Shown here: positions 9,396 through 19,994 of the stretch, piece by piece | Numbering within the stretch: the first letter of the stretch is position 1 | Layout: each line of letters begins with the position of its first letter | Assembly: GCA_040218735.1 (NCBI GenBank) | Contig: JAVJQW010000033.1 | Span: 64,001 to 128,000 of the forward strand | Reading direction: 5' to 3' | Length of the DNA stretch: 64,000 bases | Source of the DNA: Deltaproteobacteria bacterium | Lineage (GTDB): Bacteria; Myxococcota; Kuafuiibacteriia; Kuafuiibacteriales; Kuafuiibacteriaceae | Notes under the pieces: model-generated | Told to the model about the DNA's origin: nothing | The model's input: only the letters and a program-made list of their open reading frames with translations | The model's database searches: none | Made by a program: the position numbers and the translations under genes

Positions 9396-9902
9396 TCAGC
9401 GCGGGTCGACGTCGAACGCCCGACGCACGGGCCGCTCCAGGTGCCGAGCGATGCTCTCGCGAATGTGCGTCCCGTCGTCGTCGATCACGAGGGCGTGGAC
9501 GTAGAGCGTCCGGCCGTCCGCCGACACGTCGAGGCTCAGCGTGCCTGGCGTCAGGGAGATCAGGCTCGCGAGCATCGTGATCTCCACGTCGGACGTCAGG
9601 TGGATCGGCACCGCGACCACGCCGGGGCGCACCGCCAGCTTCGGTCGCCACGCCTCGCGCGCCACGCTCAGCGCGGACTTCACCAGCTCCAACAGAAACG
9701 CCGCGGCGAGCACCAAGAGCCCCCACGGCCTTGGACGCACCCGTCGCTGCAAGTGCCCGTCGCCCGGCGGAGCCAGGCGCGTCGTCAGCGTCAGGATGAT
9801 CGCGGAGACCACCGCGCCCGCGGCGATTCCGCGCAGGTCGAGTGACGCAAAGAGCGCCGTCCACACGGCGGTCAAGAAGAGCACGGTGACGACCTGACTC
9901 AC
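9396..9902 (-). CDS. mrpE: Na+/H+ antiporter subunit E
   Basis: RPGVVAVP...LASLISLTPGTLSLDVS...LYVHAL; last gene of the operon. Confidence 0.92.
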   Translation of the reverse strand: MSQVVTVLFLTAVWTALFASLDLRGIAAGAVVSAIILTLTTRLAPPGDGHLQRRVRPRPWGLLVLAAAFLLELVKSALSVAREAWRPKLAVRPGVVAVPIHLTSDVEITMLASLISLTPGTLSLDVSADGRTLYVHALVIDDDGTHIRESIARHLERPVRRAFDVDPR

Positions 9903-11374
9903 TCGAGCACCCCCTTACGGTACGCCTCGACGTCGGACAGCTCCGCCGCCGCGCGGTCCGCGACCGCGAACAGCGGACCCGGCGCGAACGAGACGACCGC
10001 GACGATCGCTACCAGCAGAACGATCGGCACGAGGCGCCCCCACGCCACGACCGGCGTCGCGGGTTCGGCTGGCGCCTGCTTCCAGAGACCGAGCGACCAC
10101 GCCTGCGCGACGGACGCGAGCACGAGCGCGCTGCCCGCGAGCGCTGCGATCACACCCGGCCAGCGACCGACGGCGGTCAGGGCGTCGAGGATCGCGAGCT
10201 TGCCCCAGAAGCCGACCAGCGGCGGGAACCCAGCGACCGAGAACGCGGCGACGATGAATGCGATGGCGAGCAGCGGGTGGCTTCGGTACAGGCCCCCCAT
10301 GTCCATGAGGCGACGTCCGCGCGTGATGCGCTCGACCTCGCCACACACGAGCAGCAGCGTGGTCACGACCAGCATGTCGGAGAGCAGGTACGCGATCGTG
10401 CCCGCCCGGCCGCGCTCGGTGCCGGTCGAGATGCCGATCAGCATGAAGCCCACGGCGAAGACGACGGAGTGAACGACGGCGCCGCGCAGCGTGACTTGCG
10501 CCAGCGCGCCGAACGCTCCGACCGCCATCGAGACGAAGGCGCACACGAGGAGGAGGTCGTCGAACCAGGGCACGACGTCGTCGAACATCAGCGCCCCCGT
10601 GCGGAGGAATGCGTAGACGCCGACCTTGGTCAGCAGCCCGGCGAGCAGCGCAGCGAGGCCCGCGGGCGGGCTGCCGTACGCGGTCGGGAGCCACAGCCCG
10701 AACGGGAACATCGCGGCCTTGATCCCGAAGCCGACGACGAACAGCACCGCGATGCTCGAGACGAGCGGCACGCCGCCCGGCTGGTGCAGCGCGATGGACA
10801 GCTCCGCGAGGTTGAGCGTGCCGGTCGCCCCGTACAGCAGCGCGATGGCCACGAGGAAACACGTCGAGGACAACAGGTTCAGCACGACGTACTTGGCCGC
10901 GGCTTCGACCTGCGCGCGTGCGTTGCCGATTGCGACCAACACGAAGGACGAGATCAGCAGCACCTCGAACCAGACGTAGAGGTTGAAGAGGTCGCCGGTG
11001 AGGAAGGCGCCCTGGACCCCCATCACCAACGTGTTGGCGAGCGGCCAGAAGTCGGAGCGTCGTCGGTCTTCGTCGGCGTTCGCGAGCTGAAAGCCGGTCA
11101 CCGCGAAGTGCACGATGGACGTCACCACCACGAGCCCCGCCGAGAGGGTGTCGACGTAGACGACGATGCCGAACGGCGCCGCCCACGCGCCCATCTGCAA
11201 CCGCGCGGGGCCGCCGCCCCAAACTTCGAGGAACAGCACCGCGGCGACGACCACGTGCAGCGTGGCGCCGAGGAGCGCGACGCTCTGCTGCACCCGTCGA
11301 TTCTTGCGGGAGGAGAGCGCGAGCACCGCCGTGGCGAGCGGGACGACCTGCGGGAGGACGGGCAGGATGTTCAC
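9899..11374 (-). CDS. mrpD: Na+/H+ antiporter subunit D
   Basis: GAWAAPFGI, FLTGDLFNLYVWFEV, GTLNLAEL, GIKAAMFP, LLTKVGVY, GFPPLVGFWGK. Confidence 0.92.
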   Translation of the reverse strand: MNILPVLPQVVPLATAVLALSSRKNRRVQQSVALLGATLHVVVAAVLFLEVWGGGPARLQMGAWAAPFGIVVYVDTLSAGLVVVTSIVHFAVTGFQLANADEDRRRSDFWPLANTLVMGVQGAFLTGDLFNLYVWFEVLLISSFVLVAIGNARAQVEAAAKYVVLNLLSSTCFLVAIALLYGATGTLNLAELSIALHQPGGVPLVSSIAVLFVVGFGIKAAMFPFGLWLPTAYGSPPAGLAALLAGLLTKVGVYAFLRTGALMFDDVVPWFDDLLLVCAFVSMAVGAFGALAQVTLRGAVVHSVVFAVGFMLIGISTGTERGRAGTIAYLLSDMLVVTTLLLVCGEVERITRGRRLMDMGGLYRSHPLLAIAFIVAAFSVAGFPPLVGFWGKLAILDALTAVGRWPGVIAALAGSALVLASVAQAWSLGLWKQAPAEPATPVVAWGRLVPIVLLVAIVAVVSFAPGPLFAVADRAAAELSDVEAYRKGVLE

Positions 11375-11763
11375 GCCGCGAGCTCCTCTTCAGCCGCGCG
11401 ATCCGGCGTGTCGTCGGCGACGGTCTCCGCTTCGGAGAGGCGGTCGGTGTCGAGCGTGCCCAGCGTTCGGTACACGCGGAAGGCGAGCGCGAACGCAAAC
11501 GCTGTGATGCCGAAGCTGATCACGATCGCCGTGAGGATGAGCGCCTGCGGGAGCGGATTGGCGGCCTGCTCCAATGTCTGGGCGCCGGCGGGGATGATCG
11601 GCGGCATCCCGCGGGTGAGCCGGCCCGAAGTGAAGATGACGAGGTTCGCCGCGTTCGAGACGAGCATGAACCCGATCACCATGCGGAGGAAGCTCCGCCG
11701 AAGGAGCGCTTGGAGCGCGAGCGCCAGTACGATGCCGGCGCATATCGCGAGGGACACCTGCAT
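11371..11763 (-). CDS. mrpC: Na+/H+ antiporter subunit C
   Basis: Start trimmed to MQVSLAIC; ANPLPQALILTAIVISFG signature. Confidence 0.92.
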   Translation of the reverse strand: MQVSLAICAGIVLALALQALLRRSFLRMVIGFMLVSNAANLVIFTSGRLTRGMPPIIPAGAQTLEQAANPLPQALILTAIVISFGITAFAFALAFRVYRTLGTLDTDRLSEAETVADDTPDRAAEEELAA

Positions 11764-11765
11764 CG

Positions 11766-12203
11766 TTAGTCGTCCTCCTTCAAACGCGAGGGCTGCAGCT
11801 CGAGCGTGAAGACGAAGAGGAGCACCGTGCCGACGACGACGAAGTACACGCCGAGGTCGAACAGCGTCGTCGTGCCGATGTCGTAGTGCCCGCCGCCGGG
11901 GAGCGGCAGATGGAACCACAGGCTGCGGAGCATCGGCTCGCCGAGCAGGGCCGGGAGGACTGCGGCGATCGCGGCGCACCCCAGACCGAACGCGGCGAGC
12001 TGCGTCGGAGACACGGGGAAGCGGGCGCGGGCCTCCCGGGCGTCGCCGGAGACGATCCACAGCACGAGGCCCGCCGCTGCGACGAGGCCGCCGACGAACC
12101 CGCCGCCCGGATCGTGGTGACCGCGCAGGAACACAAACACCGAGAAGAGGAGGATGAGCGGCATCAAGAGCCGCGCCATCGTGCGCAGGAGGATCGAGTA
12201 CAT
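11766..12203 (-). CDS. mrpB: Na+/H+ antiporter subunit B
   Basis: [15 protein letters not shown] and LFDLGVY signatures. Confidence 0.93.
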   Translation of the reverse strand: MYSILLRTMARLLMPLILLFSVFVFLRGHHDPGGGFVGGLVAAAGLVLWIVSGDAREARARFPVSPTQLAAFGLGCAAIAAVLPALLGEPMLRSLWFHLPLPGGGHYDIGTTTLFDLGVYFVVVGTVLLFVFTLELQPSRLKEDD

Positions 12204-14506
12204 CAGGAGGACCTCCTGACTTCGTTGGTGCGCGCGCGTCGCCGCAGCAACGCGAACACGCCGAGGCCCGCGATGGTCAGCACGGTGATCTCACCCCACG
12301 TATCGAACCCGCGGAAGTCGACGAGGATGACGTTGACGACGTTCCGTCCGTGGGCGTCGGGGACGGAGTGCTGCAGGTACCACTCGCTGATGCGCGCGGG
12401 GAGCGGGCCCGCGAGGTTCGACAGCAACAGCGCGCTGACCATCGTGCCGACGCCGGCGCTGATCACGAAGTCGCGCGCCGCGGAGTAGGGGCGTGGGCGC
12501 TCGAACGCGAGGTCCGGCAGGTGCAGCAACGTGAGGACCACGAGGATGACGGTGAGGGTCTCGATCGCGAACTGCGTCATCGCGACGTCGGGCGCGCCGA
12601 AGAGCAGGTAGACGATCGCGACGCAGTAGCCGCTGATGCCGACCGCGATGATCGCGCGCATGGCGGGCTCGGCGAACGCGGCGACGGTGGAGGAGACGAC
12701 GAGGAGGATGAGGAGCGCGGCCTCGTGCACGTGGATCCCGTCGAACCCGGGCCAGACCAACGCGTCGTGGGTGCTGGTCGATACGACGAGCCCGACGACC
12801 GCGGCGCCGAGCACGACCATTACGTAGCGGCGTAGTTTGCCCACGTAGATCGCGTCGGTGATGCGGTCCGCGATCCGCACCATCGACAGCAGCGCGCGCT
12901 CGAAGACCTGCGGGGGGAGCTCCGTGAAGGGGCGCACCCACGTGGCGAACGCGGACGAGTGCCGCAGGCGCACCGCCAAGAAGGCGACGCCGCCGCCGAG
13001 CGCGTAGGTGCCGAGGCTCGCGCCGAGCGCGGGCGTCAGCCCGTGCCACAGCGACAGGTGCACGTCGGGCGCGCCGGCGAGGATCGCGCCGGCCGCGCCG
13101 CCGACGGGGCCGTCGAGCCACGCCGGCATCAGCCCGGCGACGAGGCCGAGCGCCGCGAGGACGACGGGGGGCGCCGCGAGGAGCACGTCATCGTGGGCGT
13201 GTTTCGCGGCGTCCGAGGGTGCGCCGAAGAACGGACGCACGCCGACCACGTACGCGCCGGCGACGAGCGCCGCATTGGCGACGACGCCGACCGCGAGCGC
13301 GACGAACCCGAGCGCGCCCGCGCCGAGGTTCGCTTCGTACGCGACCTCCTTCCCCACGAACCCGAGGAACGGCGGGAGCCCGGCCATCGACGCACACGCG
13401 AGGACGGCGGCGGCCGTCGTGATCTTCATGGTGCGACCGAGGCCCGAGAGGGCGTCGAGGTCACGGGTGTGCGCGCCGTGATCGACCGAGCCCGCCACCA
13501 TGAACAGCGCCCCCTTGTAGAGCGCGTGCACCACCAGATACGTCATCGCGGCGACGACGCTGGCTTCGTCCCCGAAGCCGAGCAGCAGGACCAAAAGGCC
13601 CAGCGCCATCGTCGTGGTGTACGCGAGGACACTCTTGAGGTCCGAGAAGCGCAGCGCCGACCACGCCGACAGCAGCATCGTCGCGCTCCCGACCGCGACG
13701 AGGGTGTACGTCCACGGCGCGGAGCCCGACCACAGCGGCGACAGGCGCGCGAGGAGGAAGACGCCGGCCTTCACCATCGTGGCGGAGTGCAGGTACGCGC
13801 TCACCGGCGTGGGGCCGGCCATCGCCGCGGGGAGCCAGAAGTGGAACGGGAACTGCGCGGACTTGGTCAGCGCGCCGAGCAGCACGAGCGCGAGCGCCCA
13901 CGTCGACAGGGGGTGCGCCGCGATGGCGTTGGCGCCGTCGATCCACGCGCTCAGCGCCCAGGTCCCGGTCATGTGGTGGAGCAGGACGAAGCCGCCGAGG
14001 AGCGCGAGCCCGCCCGTGCCGGTGACCAGCAACGCCTTGCGCGCGGCGACGCGCGCGGAGCGCTCCTCGTGATCGAAGCCGATCAGGAGGTACGACGACA
14101 GGCTCGTGCCCTCCCAGAACACAAACAGCGTGATGGCGTCGTCCGCGAGGACGAGCCCGAGCATCGACGCCATGAACGTGAAGAGCAGCGCGTAGAACCG
14201 ACCGAGGTCTCGGTGCTGCGCGAGGTAGCGCCCGCCGTAGATCACGATCAGCGTTCCGATGCCGAGGATGAGTACGGCGAAGAGCGCCGAGAGCCCGTCG
14301 ACGCGCAGTGCGAGCTCGACGCCGAGCGGCTCGACCCAGGGGCGTCGCCACTCGGGCATGGGGTCGAGGCCCACGATCATCCGGACGAACCGAAAGCAGC
14401 CGTAGGCGGGGGCGGTCGCGAGCACGAAGGGCGCGACGCCGCGCGCGCGCGCGACGAGCGGGCTCACGAGCGCCGCCACGACGAGAGCGAGGAGGACTTC
14501 GATCAC
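12203..14506 (-). CDS. mrpA: Na+/H+ antiporter subunit A
   Basis: [74 protein letters not shown]. Confidence 0.95.
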   Translation of the reverse strand: MIEVLLALVVAALVSPLVARARGVAPFVLATAPAYGCFRFVRMIVGLDPMPEWRRPWVEPLGVELALRVDGLSALFAVLILGIGTLIVIYGGRYLAQHRDLGRFYALLFTFMASMLGLVLADDAITLFVFWEGTSLSSYLLIGFDHEERSARVAARKALLVTGTGGLALLGGFVLLHHMTGTWALSAWIDGANAIAAHPLSTWALALVLLGALTKSAQFPFHFWLPAAMAGPTPVSAYLHSATMVKAGVFLLARLSPLWSGSAPWTYTLVAVGSATMLLSAWSALRFSDLKSVLAYTTTMALGLLVLLLGFGDEASVVAAMTYLVVHALYKGALFMVAGSVDHGAHTRDLDALSGLGRTMKITTAAAVLACASMAGLPPFLGFVGKEVAYEANLGAGALGFVALAVGVVANAALVAGAYVVGVRPFFGAPSDAAKHAHDDVLLAAPPVVLAALGLVAGLMPAWLDGPVGGAAGAILAGAPDVHLSLWHGLTPALGASLGTYALGGGVAFLAVRLRHSSAFATWVRPFTELPPQVFERALLSMVRIADRITDAIYVGKLRRYVMVVLGAAVVGLVVSTSTHDALVWPGFDGIHVHEAALLILLVVSSTVAAFAEPAMRAIIAVGISGYCVAIVYLLFGAPDVAMTQFAIETLTVILVVLTLLHLPDLAFERPRPYSAARDFVISAGVGTMVSALLLSNLAGPLPARISEWYLQHSVPDAHGRNVVNVILVDFRGFDTWGEITVLTIAGLGVFALLRRRARTNEVRRSS

Positions 14507-14901
14507 GAGCGACTCCCGTCACGCTCGGAGGCGGTCGGAGGCGGCTTCGCGCCGAACAGATCGGTCGGCTCGGGGTACGCGTCGGCGAGATCGTCGACCT
14601 CGGTGTTCGGTGCGCGGGGGGCGCCGGCGAGGTACGCCGCGCGCCCGATCATCTGCGCGGACGCGGGGGCGGTGAGGAGCGTGAAGACGATGACGCCGAC
14701 GGCGCGGGTCACGAGGGAGATGTCGTCGCCGAAGTGCACGGCCGCGGCGGCCATGAAGAAACCTACGCCGAGCGTGCCCGCCTTGGTGATGGCGTGCATG
14801 CGGGTGAACACGTCGGGGAAGCGCAGCGCGCCGAGCACGGCGCTCGCCACGAAGAAGACGCCCACGAGGAGGAGCACCGTGCTGACGACCGCGGCGGTCA
14901 C
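14503..14901 (-). CDS. mrpG: Na+/H+ antiporter subunit G
   Basis: RFPDVFTRMHAITKAGTLG and LTAP signatures. Confidence 0.93.
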   Translation of the reverse strand: MTAAVVSTVLLLVGVFFVASAVLGALRFPDVFTRMHAITKAGTLGVGFFMAAAAVHFGDDISLVTRAVGVIVFTLLTAPASAQMIGRAAYLAGAPRAPNTEVDDLADAYPEPTDLFGAKPPPTASERDGSRS

Positions 14902-15182
14902 GCCTTCCTCCGGTGGACGCGCTCGAGGAACCGCGCGAACGCGACGGTCCCGAGGAACGCGAGGAGCGAGAGCACGAGCGCGACGTCGAGGAGCGGACCT
15001 TCCTCGACGAGCATCGAGCCCGCGCCGATGATGCAGACGGTGATGTAGGCGACGAGGTCGAGGGCCACGACGCGGTCCGCGAGGTGGGGACCGCGGACGA
15101 CGCGGACGACCGCCCCGGCGAGGGCGATCACCAACAAGGACACGACGCCCATCAGGACGCCTTCGAACCAGCCGAGCGGCAC
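14898..15182 (-). CDS. mrpF: Na+/H+ antiporter subunit F
   Basis: RGPHLADRVVALD and LLAFLGTVAFARFL signatures. Confidence 0.92.
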   Translation of the reverse strand: MPLGWFEGVLMGVVSLLVIALAGAVVRVVRGPHLADRVVALDLVAYITVCIIGAGSMLVEEGPLLDVALVLSLLAFLGTVAFARFLERVHRRKA

Positions 15183-15291
15183 TGCGCTGGAAGCGGTACT
15201 ACCCCGTGTCCCCGTACGTCCACGCCCAAGTCGGTGGGGGCGTGGCCGCGCGTTTGAGCCGCGAGGGCTCGGCTGCTACACGCGGGCCACG

Positions 15292-16185
15292 ATGGCCAAC
15301 AACCAGACCATTCGGGTCGCAGCCGCTCAGATCGATCCCGTCCTCAAAGACGTGAAGGCGAACCTCGACAAACACCTCGAGTGGATCGAGCGGGCGCGCG
15401 CGGAGGGGGTCGAGCTGCTCGTGTTCCCGGAGCTGTCGTTGTCGGGCTACGACGTGCGCGACGCCGCGATCGACATCGCGATCAGCGTGATGGATCCGCT
15501 CGACGACCCGACCCTCGTCAAGATCGCGGAGGCGGCGGGGGACATGTTCGTGGTCGTCGGCTTCGTCGAGGAGGGCTTCGGCGCGCAGATCTTCAACGCC
15601 GCGGGTGTGTTCCACCGCGGCGAGCAGGTGTTCGTGCACCGCAAGCTCAACCTCGCCAACTACGGCGACATGCAGGAGGCGAAGTTCTTCGCGGCGGGGC
15701 GGTACATGGAGCCCTTCGAGCTCCCGAAGCAGTTCACCGGCGCGATCCTGTGCTGCAGCGACAGCTGGAACCCCGCGCTGGTCCACATCGCGGCCCTCCA
15801 CGGCGCGACGATGCTGACCATCCCGACGAACTCCTCCCTCGACGCGGAGAGCGGTGACGTCTCCAAACCCGAGCGCTGGGACACGGTCCTGTCGTTCTAC
15901 GCGACGCTCTACGGGCTGCCGGTCGTGTTCTGCAATCGGGTCGGGCGCGAGGGGGTCCACACGTTCTGGGGCGGCTCCCGCATCCTCGACGCGCACGGCG
16001 CTCAGGTCGCGCGCGCGAGCGGCGAAGGCGAGGAGCTCATCGTCGCCGAGATCGCGCAGCGCGACGTCCGCGAAGCGCGCTTTCGTCTCCCTACGGTCCG
16101 CGACAGCAACCTTTCTCTCATTCACCGCGAGATCGATCGCCTCGCCCAGCGCGTCGGCGTGCCGAAGGTCGTGCGCAAGACGTGA
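15292..16185 (+). CDS. Carbon-nitrogen hydrolase (nitrilase/amidase superfamily)
   Basis: Triad E (VFPELSLSGY), K (HRKLNL), C (ILCCSDSW); also NRVG and FWGGSRI motifs. Confidence 0.92.
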   Translation: MANNQTIRVAAAQIDPVLKDVKANLDKHLEWIERARAEGVELLVFPELSLSGYDVRDAAIDIAISVMDPLDDPTLVKIAEAAGDMFVVVGFVEEGFGAQIFNAAGVFHRGEQVFVHRKLNLANYGDMQEAKFFAAGRYMEPFELPKQFTGAILCCSDSWNPALVHIAALHGATMLTIPTNSSLDAESGDVSKPERWDTVLSFYATLYGLPVVFCNRVGREGVHTFWGGSRILDAHGAQVARASGEGEELIVAEIAQRDVREARFRLPTVRDSNLSLIHREIDRLAQRVGVPKVVRKT

Positions 16186-16286
16186 AGCCGCGCGTCGCAC
16201 GGACGCGTTGTGCACCGCCGTACGCGAAATGATGCAGGGCAATACAGGTGCGACTGAGTGGAGTGATGTCGAACGTTTGTCGGCCT

Positions 16287-16298
16287 TGCGGCGCAGCA
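16287..16298 (+). promoter_or_regulatory. Possible PhaR-like operator TGCGGCGCAGCA
   Basis: TGC-N3-GCA box 25 nt upstream of the PHB depolymerase ATG; related TGCACCGCCG near 16211. Could be chance in GC-rich DNA. Confidence 0.3.
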
Positions 16299-16322
16299 TC
16301 GCCCTTCCGCTGAATGGTGGAC

Positions 16323-17822
16323 ATGCTGCGAAGGACCTCGTTCGGAATCATCTCTTCGGTGTTGCTGGCGGTCGGGGGGTGCCGCGATGCGCCGCTCGAC
16401 TGGGACCAGACGGCCTCCGCCGTGGGGCCGGGGCAGTCGTCGTGGCAGGGGCAGACGATCGCGGGCATGAACGTGCGGCTGTACGTCCCCGCGAGCTCGG
16501 GGCCCCGTGGGCTGATGGTGGTGCTGCACGGATGCGCGCAGCAGAACACCGCGATCGGTGACTCCGGGAACTGGGGTGACACCGCGGACCGGTTCGGCTG
16601 GGTCGTCGCCGCGCCGAACGCGCCGGGCGGCGGAGTGCTCGCCGGGTGCTGGGACTACTACGGGACGAACCAGTCGCGGACGAACAAGTTCAACGACGAC
16701 GTGCTCGCGCTCGTGCAGTCGCTCGTGAACGACGGCGCGCTCGCGATCGATCCGGACCGCGTCTACGTGAGCGGGCTTTCGTCGGGGGCGAGCCAGGCGA
16801 TGGTGCTCGGGTGCCTCGCGCCGGATGTCTTCGCGGGCGTGGGTATCAACGCCGGGCCGACGGTCGGCACGACGTCGGGGCAAGTGAGCTCCGTCGCGAC
16901 GAACGTGAACAGCGCTTCGTCGTTGTGCCGCTCGTGGGCGGGGAGCAACGGCGCGCACTTCACGACGCAGCTCACTTCGATCGTCTACGGCAGCAACGAC
17001 TTCGTCGTCGCGACCGGCTACAACACCCTCAACGCGCAGGTCATGGCCGACGTCTACGACGTCCCGGGACCGCAGTCGTTCTCGACCGCGAACCTCGTCG
17101 GCGCGAACCCCGCCGGCTCGGGGCAGGCGTGGAGTGATCTCGACGGCCCGCGCATTCGCCTGATTCAGAACACCGGCCTCGGGCACAACTGGCCGTCGGG
17201 CGCGGGCGGCTCGCAGTCGGCCGGCTTCGTGAACCCGAACAGCGTCGACTACCCCGAGGAGCTCGCGTCGTTCTTCGAGACCTACAACCGCCGCACCGGC
17301 GGGGGGGCGCCGGACGCCGGTGTCCCGAACGACGCGGGACCGGCGCCGGACGCCGGCTTCGTCGACGCGGGCACGCCGCCCGACGCGGGCACATCCGACG
17401 CCGGCGTCCCCACGGGCGTGACCGCGACGCTCACGCAGCACATCCAGGCCGGGCGGCTGACGTGGGCGCAGTTCGGGACGTACTACCTCCAGTACGGCAC
17501 CGCGCCGTTCACGCTGTATCAGCAGCCGGACGGGAGCTGGTCCGACACGCCGCCCTCGGGCCCGCCGCCGGACGCGGGGGTCCCGGCCGACGCAGGAACG
17601 CCCGACGCGGGCGCGCCGCCGCCGGACGCGGGTTCGTCGCCGTGCACGAGCTACACGTCGAACAACTACCAGCACGTCCAAGCGGGACGCGCGACAGTGT
17701 GTAACTTCTCGTACGTGTGCGCGGTGGGCTCCGGCGATCAGCTCGGCCTGTACAACGTGTTCTACACGTCGACGGTGCGCGAAACCTCGCCCGGGTACTA
17801 CGAGGCGGGCGCCTGCCCGTAG
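16323..17822 (+). CDS. phaZ: Extracellular poly(3-hydroxybutyrate) depolymerase, probable lipoprotein
   Basis: Lipobox LAVGGC, oxyanion VLHGCAQ, lipase box GLSSG, GHNWP His. PDAG linkers. C-terminal substrate-binding domain NNYQHVQAGRA...GLYNVF...PGYY...CP and a second internal QHIQAGRL module. Confidence 0.88.
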   Translation: MLRRTSFGIISSVLLAVGGCRDAPLDWDQTASAVGPGQSSWQGQTIAGMNVRLYVPASSGPRGLMVVLHGCAQQNTAIGDSGNWGDTADRFGWVVAAPNAPGGGVLAGCWDYYGTNQSRTNKFNDDVLALVQSLVNDGALAIDPDRVYVSGLSSGASQAMVLGCLAPDVFAGVGINAGPTVGTTSGQVSSVATNVNSASSLCRSWAGSNGAHFTTQLTSIVYGSNDFVVATGYNTLNAQVMADVYDVPGPQSFSTANLVGANPAGSGQAWSDLDGPRIRLIQNTGLGHNWPSGAGGSQSAGFVNPNSVDYPEELASFFETYNRRTGGGAPDAGVPNDAGPAPDAGFVDAGTPPDAGTSDAGVPTGVTATLTQHIQAGRLTWAQFGTYYLQYGTAPFTLYQQPDGSWSDTPPSGPPPDAGVPADAGTPDAGAPPPDAGSSPCTSYTSNNYQHVQAGRATVCNFSYVCAVGSGDQLGLYNVFYTSTVRETSPGYYEAGACP

Positions 17823-18096
17823 GCTCGGGCCCTCGGCACGTGCGCTGCTCCAGCCGACAGGCCGGGGAGACGGTGCGCGCGAGAGTCTCGGGTTCGGGCG
17901 GGAGATCTTCCGTGATTCGCGAGGCGTCCTACTCAGAGGCTTGGATACTGTTCTCGCGAGCGGGGTGGGCGTCGGAGGAGGGGATGTTGGCGGGCTGTTC
18001 TATTGAGTGGAGCCGAGGCGCCGTGCCCTTAGGGCGAGGTCTGGGGCGAGGGCTCGGGCTGGGGACGAGCTGATGTCGGCGCCTGCGCGTCGCGCG

Positions 18097-18225
18097 CTAC
18101 CACAGCGTACCGTCCTTCCACTCGCGCACCAGCACGACCAGCAGGAAGAGCGTCGACACCGAGGACAGCGCCACCGCCGCCCAGAGCGCGATCGTGAGGA
18201 GGCCTTCGGGGACGAGGGTGCTCAT
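18097..18225 (-). CDS. Small single-pass membrane protein (42 aa), probable symporter accessory subunit
   Basis: MSTLVPEGLLTIALWAAVALSSVSTLFLLVVLVREWKDGTLW; ATGA overlap with the symporter stop. Confidence 0.65.
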   Translation of the reverse strand: MSTLVPEGLLTIALWAAVALSSVSTLFLLVVLVREWKDGTLW

Positions 18226-19652
18226 GACGTGGCTTCCGGCGCGCGGAGGCGCTGCATTTCGGACCAGTCGAACGCGCGCGGCGCGACGAGGGTGGAGACG
18301 ACGACGCAGACCATCGAGACGCCCGCGCCCGCGAGCGCTGCCGTGTAGAAGCCCACGGTGAAGTAGGCGGTCAGGCCGGCGACGATGCCGAGCACCATGC
18401 CCGCGACCGCGCCGTTCGGGTTGGTCTTCTCCCAGTAGAGCCCGGCGGCGATCGGCCAGATCGTCGCGCCGACGAACGCTCCGGTGAATTGGATCATCTC
18501 GGCGAGCGTCGTGACGCGGCCCCAGCACAACGCGATGGCGAGGACGCCGAGCGCCACGATGATCATTCGGCTTGCGCGTTCGAGCTGCGCGCTCGAGGCC
18601 GTCGGCGCGATCAACCCGCGGTAGACGTCCTCGACGAGGAGGTCCGCCGTCGCCGCGAGGAGCGAGTCGAGGGACGACGCGAGCGAGCAGAACACGATGA
18701 CCAGGATCAGCACCGCGCCCGTCGTTCCGAGGAGGTTGCCGATCACCATCGGGCCGACCATGTCGAGCGCGGGGATGTTGAGTCCGAGCGCCGGAGCGGC
18801 GAGCGCGATCGAGCCCGCGACCACCGGCACCGGCAACCACGCGACACCCGCGAGGAAGTATGCCTTGAAGCCGACGCCCTCGCGCAGCGCGAGCGCGCGC
18901 GACCACCACACGTTGCTGTGGAAGATCTCCCCGAGCCCGAACAAGAGGTTGTTGAAGAGGAACATGATCGAGGCAGGCGCGAGCATGTCGAGCAGACCCA
19001 CGCGCTCGGTCTCGAGCGTCGTGAAGATCTCGCCTATACCCACCTGCGTGTAGACCGCGATCGCCGCGACGATCAGCCCGATCAAGATCACCACCGACTG
19101 GATATAGTCCGTCCCGATCACCGCGTGCAGCCCGCCGAGCAGCGTGTACCCGACGCACACCACGGTAATGACGATCATCCCCACGTGGTACTCGATGCCG
19201 GTCAGCGCGTTGAGCAGCACACCACCGGCCATCCCCATACTCACCAGCCAACCCAGTCCGTAGAAGAATGAGATCAAGAGGAACACGAACCACGCCGGAC
19301 GACCGAAGCGCGTCCGCACGAAGTCACCGCTCGTGTACCCATTCGGCATCAGGTGTTTGATGCGCTCGGCCATCGGCGCGAACAGGATCAAACCCACCGC
19401 GCCGAGTGAGTAACCCACCATCCCCCAGACCCCGAGCTGATAGGCGAGCTGCGGCGCCGCCATCGTGGTGTTCGAGGTGATCCAGGTGGCCATCGCCGTC
19501 GCCATCCCGAGCGCGAGGCCCACGTTGCGACCCGCGAGCATCCGGTCGTCGAAGGAGTTGGCGCGCTTGCCCCAGAGCCACCCCAGGAACACCCACGCGA
19601 CCGAGAAGAACGCGAGGACGATCCACCCCGTGCTGGCGTCGAGTGTCCTCAT
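18222..19652 (-). CDS. Sodium:solute symporter (SSS) family transporter, DUR3/urea-like
   Basis: AGRNVG, YTLLGGLHAVIGTDYIQ, SSLDSLLAA; about 13 hydrophobic segments. Confidence 0.88.
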   Translation of the reverse strand: MRTLDASTGWIVLAFFSVAWVFLGWLWGKRANSFDDRMLAGRNVGLALGMATAMATWITSNTTMAAPQLAYQLGVWGMVGYSLGAVGLILFAPMAERIKHLMPNGYTSGDFVRTRFGRPAWFVFLLISFFYGLGWLVSMGMAGGVLLNALTGIEYHVGMIVITVVCVGYTLLGGLHAVIGTDYIQSVVILIGLIVAAIAVYTQVGIGEIFTTLETERVGLLDMLAPASIMFLFNNLLFGLGEIFHSNVWWSRALALREGVGFKAYFLAGVAWLPVPVVAGSIALAAPALGLNIPALDMVGPMVIGNLLGTTGAVLILVIVFCSLASSLDSLLAATADLLVEDVYRGLIAPTASSAQLERASRMIIVALGVLAIALCWGRVTTLAEMIQFTGAFVGATIWPIAAGLYWEKTNPNGAVAGMVLGIVAGLTAYFTVGFYTAALAGAGVSMVCVVVSTLVAPRAFDWSEMQRLRAPEATS

Positions 19653-19990
19653 CCGATCTCTCCTCTTCGGTGCTGGCGGTGCCCGCGAACGACGAACGCG
19701 ATCGTCGACGCGGAGATGGCGAAGCCCACGAGGAACAACGCGAAGGTGAGCCCCATCGAGGGCGGCGCGACTTGCACGGTGCAGGACGCCTTCGCGTCCG
19801 CGACCGCGAGCGCATATTCGTAGGTGCCTTCACGCCGGCCGCTCACGGTGGTGGCGGCGTCGGGGCCTTCGTAGATCTTCGCGCCGTCTTCGGTAAGGGT
19901 GACCGTCGCGCCCTCGGGCACGGTCCACGCGATGCGGTAGGCGCCGGTGTCGTTCGGCGCGGTGGGGCAGTCGAGTTTCAGCTCCGGCAC
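19649..19990 (-). CDS. Small membrane-anchored protein with beta-sandwich-like N-terminus
   Basis: YRIAW...IYEGPD...GTYEY beta-rich part, then a C-terminal TM and basic tail. Coupled between asnB and the symporter. Confidence 0.7.
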   Translation of the reverse strand: MPELKLDCPTAPNDTGAYRIAWTVPEGATVTLTEDGAKIYEGPDAATTVSGRREGTYEYALAVADAKASCTVQVAPPSMGLTFALFLVGFAISASTIAFVVRGHRQHRRGEIG

Positions 19991-19994
19991 GCCG

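Noticed and set aside
6721-9504. Long alternative-frame and antisense ORFs (e.g. 6721..9504, 12959..15031, 40328..43129, 49794..51941)
   Set aside because: Arg/Ala/Pro-rich or mirror-frame shadows of well-supported genes, expected in high-GC DNA.
17823-18096. G-rich 270-bp spacer between convergent genes as ncRNA, REP or G-quadruplex
   Set aside because: No recognisable RNA family and no second copy in the window; only short low-complexity G runs.
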